A DNA stretch of 64,000 nucleotides, taken from NCBI GenBank assembly GCA_905479295.1, contig CAJQLY010000017.1:12380-76379 (forward strand). The letters run 5' to 3'. The stretch comes from an uncultured Gammaproteobacteria bacterium (GTDB lineage Bacteria > Pseudomonadota > Gammaproteobacteria > UBA4575). Below are positions 1 through 6,439 of the stretch, in pieces (positions within the stretch are counted from its first letter, which is position 1; each line of letters opens with the position of its first letter). A model generated the notes under the pieces. The model was not told the origin of the DNA, did not search any database, and saw only the letters and a program-made list of their open reading frames with translations. The translations under genes and the position numbers were made by a program.

Positions 1-190
1 ATAGCTTGTGGATAACTTGTGTACAGGATGTTGCTCTAAAAAAACTTTTTAAGTATCCGCAACTTAAGAATTAGTGCCCAATATAAGGGCAATAAAAATG
101 GCTGAATTAATTTATTTTTCTGGTGTTTAATCGATTAAATTTATTTAATGCGAGACCTTTTTCTCACCGATAATTATAAAACAGGATCTT

Positions 191-1990
191 ATGATCAGTA
201 GAACACAGGCTCGCGTTAGCGAACCGCATAAAAAACGAACAGATTGGGCTAATTTACGTCGATTATTCCCCTATTTATGGGCTTATCGAGGACGTATTCT
301 GCTCGCATTGGCCTGTTTAATGCTGGCTAAGGTGGCAACGGTTGCTGTGCCGTTAGTATTGAAGCAGATTGTGGATCAGTTTGATGTTGAAGATGTCATG
401 CTCACGTTGCCTTTGGCCTTATTGCTGGCATACGGTGCTCTGCGCTTATCGACGGCCCTATTTAACGAATTGCGTGATGTCTTGTTTGCCCGAGCCCGCT
501 TTCATGCGGTGCGCACGATGTCGGCAGACGTTTTGGCCCATTTGCATAGGTTGTCCATGCGGTTTCATCTGGATCGTCGCACTGGGTCGATCTCGAGAGA
601 TTTAGAACGGGGCACTCAAAGTCTCAGTTCTTTATCCAACTACTTCATCTTTATTGTGATTCCAACGGTATTTGAGATCACTTTAGTCATGGCTATTCTG
701 TTTAGCTCCTATGCCGCCCACTTTGCTGTGATCACGCTAGCTACCGTGATGTTCTACATATTATTTACGGCATTGGTGACGAACTGGCGTATGCACTATC
801 GGCATACAGCGAATCAACTGGATTCAGAAGCTCATTCTCAGGCGGTTGATAGCCTGATGAATTATGAGACAGTGAAATACTTCAATAATGAGGAGTATGA
901 GGTCAACCGTTATGCCAATACCCTGTTTCGTTGGGAGCAGGCCTTAGTTAAAAGTACCGTAACCATGTCTTTGCTGAATTTTGGTCAAGCATCGATTATT
1001 GCTATTGGTGTGACACTTATTATGGTGTTTGCAGCGAATGGTGTGGTTAGTGGTGAGATGACGATTGGTGACCTTGTCTTGGTGAATGCTTTGATGTTGC
1101 AACTATTTGTACCGATGAATATGTTGGGCATCGTGTATCGGCAGATTACCTATGCCCTGGCTGATATGGATTTGTTGACGAAATTATTAAATGAAAAGCC
1201 AGAGGTGAAGGATCAGGAGGGTGCGCAGGCGCTTCAGCTAAAGCAGGGTGCAGTGGAATTTGAACGTGTAGCTTTTTCCTATAACCCAGATCGAGTGATC
1301 TTACGTGATATTTCTATGCGTATAGCGCCAGGACAGAAGATTGCTGTTGTTGGCCCATCAGGTGCCGGTAAGTCGACGATTGCACGTTTATTGTTTCGTT
1401 TTTATGAGCCGACAAGTGGGCGAGTGCTGGTGGATGGTCAAGATATCGCCGAATCGACCCAAGACAGTCTGCGCCAACAGATCGGTATGGTGCCGCAGGA
1501 GACGGTACTGTTTAACAACAGTATTCATTTTAATATTGAATATGCCAGGCCAGGAGCAACTGAAGCAGAGATTCAAGCTGCGATACAGATTGCACAACTT
1601 GATCAACTGATTGCTCAGTTACCAGAGGGAATGAATACCATCGTTGGTGAGCGAGGACTGAAGCTGTCTGGCGGTGAACTACAGCGGGTGGCTATCGCAC
1701 GTGCGATCCTGAAAAAACCAAAAATCCTTATCTTTGATGAGGCTACATCCAGTTTAGATTCTGATACAGAGGTTGCACTGATGCAGTCTATACGTGAGGC
1801 CGCTAGTGGTGTCACATCACTGATTATTGCCCATCGCCTATCGACTATTGTTGATGCGGATTGTATCTATGTTTTAGAAGCTGGGCGTGTGGTGGAGCAA
1901 GGCAGTCATGCGCAACTATTGGCTATGGCTGGGTTATACTCGCGGTTATGGAATTTGCAGCAATCGAAACAAAGGCATAAGGAAGGCTAA
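191..1990 (+). CDS. ABC exporter, fused permease-ATPase (ATM1/HMT1-like)
   Basis: 599-aa ORF. N-terminal multi-helix membrane domain and C-terminal NBD with Walker A GPSGAGKST, signature LSGGELQR and Walker B ILIFDEATS. Confidence 0.9.
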   Translation: MISRTQARVSEPHKKRTDWANLRRLFPYLWAYRGRILLALACLMLAKVATVAVPLVLKQIVDQFDVEDVMLTLPLALLLAYGALRLSTALFNELRDVLFARARFHAVRTMSADVLAHLHRLSMRFHLDRRTGSISRDLERGTQSLSSLSNYFIFIVIPTVFEITLVMAILFSSYAAHFAVITLATVMFYILFTALVTNWRMHYRHTANQLDSEAHSQAVDSLMNYETVKYFNNEEYEVNRYANTLFRWEQALVKSTVTMSLLNFGQASIIAIGVTLIMVFAANGVVSGEMTIGDLVLVNALMLQLFVPMNMLGIVYRQITYALADMDLLTKLLNEKPEVKDQEGAQALQLKQGAVEFERVAFSYNPDRVILRDISMRIAPGQKIAVVGPSGAGKSTIARLLFRFYEPTSGRVLVDGQDIAESTQDSLRQQIGMVPQETVLFNNSIHFNIEYARPGATEAEIQAAIQIAQLDQLIAQLPEGMNTIVGERGLKLSGGELQRVAIARAILKKPKILIFDEATSSLDSDTEVALMQSIREAASGVTSLIIAHRLSTIVDADCIYVLEAGRVVEQGSHAQLLAMAGLYSRLWNLQQSKQRHKEG

Positions 1991-2355
1991 TGGCAACTGA
2001 AGATACTCAAAGAATTAAGATAGAAGAAGAACTGACGGATATGGATGGTAGCGGCTGTGCGAGCAGTGAGCCGTTTGCCTTGCGTGTGCTTGGCGATAGT
2101 ATGGAGCCAGAATTTAAAGATGGCTGCGTTATTATTATTGATCCTGATGGGGTTGCTGAGAATGGAAATTATGTGATTGCAGAGATCGATGGTGATTATA
2201 TTTTCCGCCAATATATGGAAGAGGCAAGTCAGGGATTTTTACAGGCAATTAATCCTGGGTATCCGCGGCAAGATATAGAGAGTAAGAGTGTTATTCGAGG
2301 TGTGGTTACGCAGCGTGCAGGTGCACGGCGTAAGTATCATAAGCGCTATGAATAA
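1990..2355 (+). CDS. stand-alone S24 (LexA/UmuD-like) peptidase domain protein without a DNA-binding domain
   Basis: 121-aa ORF with the LGDSMEP nucleophile motif. The C-terminal part aligns by eye to the LexA C-domain. Its ATG overlaps the TAA of the ABC gene (TAATG). Confidence 0.75.
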   Translation: MATEDTQRIKIEEELTDMDGSGCASSEPFALRVLGDSMEPEFKDGCVIIIDPDGVAENGNYVIAEIDGDYIFRQYMEEASQGFLQAINPGYPRQDIESKSVIRGVVTQRAGARRKYHKRYE

Positions 2356-2369
2356 AATGTTGGGCCGAC

Positions 2370-2537
2370 TTAACTGCGATAGGAGTTGAAGTAACGTACA
2401 AAGAGAAAAAAAACTAAGCCATAAAGCGCAATTAAAGAAACCATCTGGCCTATGCTCAGGCTGGGGTAATTCATAGTTACAACAGCAGCTATTATTATAG
2501 CGACTAATGCGAATCGATTTCTTTGCCAAGGCTTCAT
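2370..2537 (-). CDS. small two-helix membrane protein (55 aa), below the ORF-track size cutoff
   Basis: My own translation: MKPWQRNRFALVAIIIAAVVTMNYPSLSIGQMVSLIALYGLVFFLFVRYFNSYRS. AAGGA lies 8 nt upstream of the ATG. Two hydrophobic segments. Confidence 0.35.
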   Translation of the reverse strand: MKPWQRNRFALVAIIIAAVVTMNYPSLSIGQMVSLIALYGLVFFLFVRYFNSYRS

Positions 2538-2549
2538 GGGTAACGTCCT

Positions 2550-2633
2550 TTATAGATCAAAAATTCCAGCCAGATAAAATCCCAGCCAAACTAAGCCAAC
2601 AATAGTGAAGGCAGCGGGTAATAACCAGCGCAT
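2550..2633 (-). CDS. 27-aa single-helix peptide, below the ORF-track size cutoff
   Basis: My own translation: MRWLLPAAFTIVGLVWLGFYLAGIFDL. AAAGGA lies 6 nt upstream. Its TAA is 12 nt before the ATG of the 55-aa ORF and overlaps that ORF's AAGGA. Confidence 0.25.
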   Translation of the reverse strand: MRWLLPAAFTIVGLVWLGFYLAGIFDL

Positions 2634-2743
2634 ACGCAATCCTTTGTGGTGCGATAATTAATAGGTGAAATCAAGAGCAGCAGAGACCGTCTTCAGCGTC
2701 TTATTACACGATAAACTTTAACCTAAGCGTGAGGCTGCTGTCG

Positions 2744-2802
2744 AGTGAATAAGGCAGTGATTAGTGATTGAACTAGGTTTAATCACTCCATGAGGAGTGA
2801 TC
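2744..2802. repeat. heptamer array AGTGAAT / AGTGATT / AGTGATT / (inverted) AATCACT / AGTGAT able to form mutually exclusive hairpins
   Basis: Copies read at 2744, 2756, 2763, 2781 (inverted) and 2796. AATCACT(CC) can pair either with an upstream AGTGATT or with the downstream (GG)AGTGAT. Confidence 0.4.
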
Positions 2803-2853
2803 TTCGATGCCGTATAAGAGTAGTGCTGACTCGATCTGATAGTGACTCGTTTT

Positions 2854-3480
2854 TCAGGGTCTTTCAACGGGTACTAATATTTCATTTCGTCTCAAAAACC
2901 ACGGCATGAATGGAGGGTTATATCTAGCCCATATGGGCTCTCCGATCACACTGAGGTTTTGTTTCTCAATCCAAGCATTCAACTTGTCCAAGTTGCGGCG
3001 GTAGCCTTGTTCACTCCAGAAGCCAGAGTACTTGATGGCCGCAATGTATCGTGCGGGGACTTGATGTAAGGTCACACTCGGATCTATAGGTGTAGGGAGT
3101 GTCTCCATCGAATAGGACGAAGGCATCATAAAGCTTACGACCCACCGACCATTCTTACGCTGTTGGCCGACAGGTGAAGTCATGGCAATTTTTTCGCTGA
3201 TAGGGCTTTCAGTAATGGATGCAGGCATTTTAACTTTTTGCTGGGACTTGTTGTTGCCAGAAATGTATTTGAATAGCGGGCTAAAGGCTTTTTTCCCTGC
3301 ACTCTCAAGGTCTCCATCTACTATAGTTTTGGCAACAACATGAGGCTCATATTGGCGTACTTCAAAGCTTTTCTCATTAAGTAAGACTGTGTATTCGGCT
3401 TCCTCTGTTGCCATTGTATTCTCTACTCCAAGAACCATAAAAATAACAGCCCAATAAGCTCGTTTCATTTTAGCCATCAA
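2854..3480 (-). CDS. SOUL/HEBP-family heme-binding protein with an N-terminal signal-like segment
   Basis: 208 aa. Hydrophobic N-terminus AYWAVIFMVLGVENTMA. The core EAEYTVLL..FEVRQYEPHVVA and the overall length fit the SOUL family as I recall it. Confidence 0.75.
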   Translation of the reverse strand: MMAKMKRAYWAVIFMVLGVENTMATEEAEYTVLLNEKSFEVRQYEPHVVAKTIVDGDLESAGKKAFSPLFKYISGNNKSQQKVKMPASITESPISEKIAMTSPVGQQRKNGRWVVSFMMPSSYSMETLPTPIDPSVTLHQVPARYIAAIKYSGFWSEQGYRRNLDKLNAWIEKQNLSVIGEPIWARYNPPFMPWFLRRNEILVPVERP

Positions 3481-3496
3481 ATCCCACCTTTATATC

Positions 3497-3518
3497 TTCA
3501 ATAAATATATTTATTGAA
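3497..3518. promoter_or_regulatory. perfect 22-bp AT-rich palindrome TTCAATAAATATATTTATTGAA upstream of the SOUL gene (candidate operator)
   Basis: Read directly. The two 11-nt halves are exact reverse complements. It lies 17-38 nt upstream of the minus-strand ATG at 3480. Confidence 0.4.
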
Positions 3519-3807
3519 ACCATTAATCATCTAATATTCTTAGTGTCATTACCTTGTCTTTGATAATTTGGATGCGTAATGTTCACACTATATATACACC
3601 AGGTCAGTTACCCATTGCTCATTATAATCGACGAGCTTTGGCTCTAATAGGCTCGGATTTATGCTTGCCTGTTGGAACCGTTTTAGCTTAGGCCTGCATG
3701 GCGTCAGGACATGACCCTTTAGTCAATTCTTTACCAAATAAGTATTGATTCATTCGCAAGCTACTGTAGGACATATTAGACCGAAATTAATATATGGGAT
3801 ATTAGAG

Positions 3808-4620
3808 TTATATGCGTTGCTTGTCCTTGTAAGGTAGTAGTATGCGGAAGCACGTGCCTTCGCCCAGAGTGCTATTGACTTCAATTTTTCCAGAATGATT
3901 GTTCACTACATTGTCGACCATATGTAACCCTAACCCAGTACCTTTACCTTTTTCCTTTGTTGTGTAGAAAGGCTCGAAGATGAAGGGTAAATCTTTTTCT
4001 GCTATGCCATGACCATTGTCGCTAATTTCAATAATGGCTATCTTCTGATCGTCCTCTTGTTTCATACGAGTACTTAAAGTGATTAGGCCATCCTGTCTAA
4101 TTGAGTGGACAGCATTCATTAACAAGCTTAGGAATGCTTGGCCTAATCGTCCTTCGCTGGAATAGATTAAATCTAATTCATTTAAGTCCCATTGTATGGT
4201 GGTTTGAAATTTGATTTCATTAAAGGCTAGTTTGACGGTTTTTTGAAGTAGCTTGTTGACATCGACTAGCTGCCAATCGATATCTTTGGCATGGGTGAAA
4301 CTCATGAGATCGGTAACGATGTTGCGAATCCGATTAGCCCCGAGTAAGCAGTCCTCTAATAGACTAGCTGTTTCTTTTTGTATGTAGTCGAAATCAACCT
4401 CTTTTTTCATGCGTTCTAAGCGTTGAATAAGGATAATCCTCTCCTGCTCACTAGGCCTGTGTGGAGAAGTAATTTCTTCTTGCAAGCTAAGGATTTCAAT
4501 ACAGTGTTTACGGTAATCGGCAAGCATTTCAAGGTTGCTAGTGAGGAAGCCAACTGGATTATTTATCTCATGGTTGGAGAGGTTGGCTAGGATGTATAAT
4601 TTGAGACAAAAAAAAGCCAC
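3808..4620 (-). CDS. histidine kinase transmitter core only (HisKA + HATPase_c), no sensor or TM region; possibly a 5'-truncated remnant
   Basis: H-box SNHEINNPVGF sits at residue ~17. G1 (DNGHGI) and G2 (GTGLGL) boxes are present. The only start upstream of the phospho-His is GTG 4618-4620, inside the terminator stem of the upstream gene. No response regulator is adjacent. Confidence 0.6.
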   Translation of the reverse strand: MAFFCLKLYILANLSNHEINNPVGFLTSNLEMLADYRKHCIEILSLQEEITSPHRPSEQERIILIQRLERMKKEVDFDYIQKETASLLEDCLLGANRIRNIVTDLMSFTHAKDIDWQLVDVNKLLQKTVKLAFNEIKFQTTIQWDLNELDLIYSSEGRLGQAFLSLLMNAVHSIRQDGLITLSTRMKQEDDQKIAIIEISDNGHGIAEKDLPFIFEPFYTTKEKGKGTGLGLHMVDNVVNNHSGKIEVNSTLGEGTCFRILLPYKDKQRI

Positions 4621-4634
4621 GTTTTTAACGCGGC
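4608..4634 (-). terminator. intrinsic terminator after the 67-aa ORF
   Basis: The minus-strand RNA reads GCCGCG-UUAAAAA-CGUGGC followed by U8. The stem is 6 bp including one G-U pair. Confidence 0.6.
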
Positions 4635-4666
4635 CTTTTAAATAACTAATTTACTGCTCAGGGTAA

Positions 4667-4870
4667 CTATTCGTGAGAACCCTTTTCCGCGTGGGCATCA
4701 GCAATCACTTCTGTCGCGAGTTTTGAATACTCTTCGCGATAGCCATCAAGCTCTGAACCGTCTTCTGGGGTGAAGTACTCTTCTGCTGAAACGCCGTTCG
4801 CACGGTCTAACTCGCTGAATTTCTTCTGCATTTCCAGCATTCTTTTGATCTTATCCTGCTTAGAGCTCAT
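4667..4870 (-). CDS. hypothetical acidic 67-aa protein
   Basis: ORF with GGAGGA immediately upstream of the ATG and a terminator directly downstream. I recognise no family. Confidence 0.5.
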   Translation of the reverse strand: MSSKQDKIKRMLEMQKKFSELDRANGVSAEEYFTPEDGSELDGYREEYSKLATEVIADAHAEKGSHE

Positions 4871-5041
4871 ATATCCTCCGAACGAAAAGCTTTGGTGTTT
4901 AATTTGCGTATCTTGGGCCGAAGTCTAGGAGATCGGCGCGGACACTTCTGTATCTCTATTGAGAGGCTGCGGGCAGCAATAGTCTTGATTCCTTCCACTG
5001 TTGCTGCGTGATGGTTAGCCTGCTGGGTGTCCTACTCGGGC

Positions 5042-5383
5042 CTAGTAACCGCCTTTACGACGACTTTCTGGTAATCCACCGATACGACCACCCTGCTTGC
5101 TAGGGTCGCCCGGGAATAGGTCATATAAGGTTTTTGCATTAACACTTTTGTCATCCCAGGCTTTGCTCATGGCCTTCACCATATTGCGGGTGTTGGGCTG
5201 ATTGCCTGCATTGTTGATGAATTCATCACGTAAGAAGTTAATTACATCCCAGTGACGATCAGTTAATTCTACGGTTTCTTCCTTGGCAATAATTAGTGCC
5301 AATTCTTTCGACCACTCTTCAATATTGACTAAAAAGCCACTGGCTGTGGTTTCTATGCTTTTTCCATCTATTTCAAATGCCAT
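5042..5383 (-). CDS. DsrC/TusE-family paralogue lacking both conserved C-terminal cysteines
   Basis: 113 aa, aligning along its whole length with the canonical DsrC at 11320-11652 (HW[DE]VINFLR[DE].., LY[DE]LFP). The C-terminal arm reads SKQGGRIGGLPESRRKGGY instead of AKQACKYAGLPKPTGCV. AGGAGA RBS. Confidence 0.85.
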   Translation of the reverse strand: MAFEIDGKSIETTASGFLVNIEEWSKELALIIAKEETVELTDRHWDVINFLRDEFINNAGNQPNTRNMVKAMSKAWDDKSVNAKTLYDLFPGDPSKQGGRIGGLPESRRKGGY

Positions 5384-5517
5384 AACAGTATCTCCTGAAC
5401 TCCAAATGTATGAAAAAAATCGCTTGCTGGAAGCTCGCTGAGCTTAACGCACTCTGCTAATTTCACTCAAGTTCTGTGATCAATATATCCTGAGTAAAGC
5501 GACTCTTATAAAGGAAG

Positions 5518-6207
5518 CTATTTTTCCTGTGCCTCACTGATCGCGTCAATACCCTTATGAGGTAGAAACAAACCACAACCGAGTAATCGCCCGAGACCGA
5601 TACCGCGTTGCTGTAATAATACGGATTGTGCAACATCAATGCCGTCTATCATGAGGCTGCGCGTCACAGCAGGCTGGCCATTGAGTATTAATTGGGTAAT
5701 CTTTCCACACATCATCTTTTTTGGCCGTATGCTAAGCAGCTGTAGCTCTTTTAGGGCTTGTTGTAGAAAGGCATCCTCATCCTCTACCGGGCCTAAATCA
5801 ACATAGCGGCAAAATAAAGTGGTTAAGCGTGATAGTGGTCTAACGCTTGATTTCCCAAACTCTAAAGTGACACCATCGACTTCGATATGATCACCCTGTA
5901 AGGCTTCAGTTGTTGCCAGTCTTTGATTGCTGATACGAAGCGTAAAAAGAGTGCGTCGTGAAGGATAGATGAGATCATCCGGATTTTGTGGGCGTATCCA
6001 ACCATTGCCTGATTCAGCACCATGAATAGAAAAAATACCACTGTATGGGTCTGTTACTAACCACGGTAGTTTGTCGCACATAGCCTGTGATAGGGCGTCG
6101 ATATGGTCTAGCTTGAGTTGCGCACACTTAATCCTGAAGTTGACATCGATAATGTCTTCGGGGACTTTATATTCCGCTTCTTCGTTCGTGTCCTCATTCC
6201 AATACAT
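5518..6207 (-). CDS. Cas6/Cmx6-like RAMP-superfamily protein (orphan; no CRISPR context)
   Basis: 229 aa. The C-terminal glycine-rich loop RGIGLGRLLGCGLFLPHKG matches the RAMP/Cas6 G-loop pattern. The N-terminus MYWNED..VPEDIIDVNFRI and the length match my recollection of the type I-MYXAN Cas6/Cmx6 family. Not verified by HMM. Confidence 0.55.
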   Translation of the reverse strand: MYWNEDTNEEAEYKVPEDIIDVNFRIKCAQLKLDHIDALSQAMCDKLPWLVTDPYSGIFSIHGAESGNGWIRPQNPDDLIYPSRRTLFTLRISNQRLATTEALQGDHIEVDGVTLEFGKSSVRPLSRLTTLFCRYVDLGPVEDEDAFLQQALKELQLLSIRPKKMMCGKITQLILNGQPAVTRSLMIDGIDVAQSVLLQQRGIGLGRLLGCGLFLPHKGIDAISEAQEK

Positions 6208-6243
6208 GGTTTCTATCCGTTGATATCTTGCACAAAGCGTATT

Positions 6244-6435
6244 TTAGGAGCGAGCGGAAGTGAAGACGGCTTCTAATTCATCTTCCCAGTTTTCCGGGGT
6301 ATCTTTAAAGGGTGGGCGTACGTCCATCTGAAAAAACATCTCACCAGCGACAGCACGCTTAATAATTGCACTTTTTAGTTCATCGAAAGACTGCATGCTG
6401 AATTCTTCGATTAATATGTCGCTTAGTGCGAGCAT
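6244..6435 (-). CDS. hypothetical 63-aa acidic protein
   Basis: The track ORF was trimmed to the internal ATG (MLALSDILIEEF...). This start lies 4 nt after the TAG of the upstream dioxygenase. The longer version overlaps that gene by 86 nt. Confidence 0.45.
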   Translation of the reverse strand: MLALSDILIEEFSMQSFDELKSAIIKRAVAGEMFFQMDVRPPFKDTPENWEDELEAVFTSARS

Positions 6436-6439
6436 TCCG

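Noticed and set aside
7-15. Perfect DnaA-box 9-mer (TGTGGATAA, reverse complement TTATCCACA) at the very start of the window
   Set aside because: It is a single copy. A given 9-mer is expected about 0.5 times by chance in 64 kb on two strands. No cluster of boxes, AT-rich unwinding element or dnaA/dnaN/gidA context is visible.
2239-2529. 96-aa minus-strand track ORF overlapping the end of the S24 gene
   Set aside because: It has a Cys/Asn-rich low-plausibility sequence and no RBS, and it overlaps the convergent S24 gene. A different frame gives a 55-aa membrane ORF with a good RBS, which I prefer.
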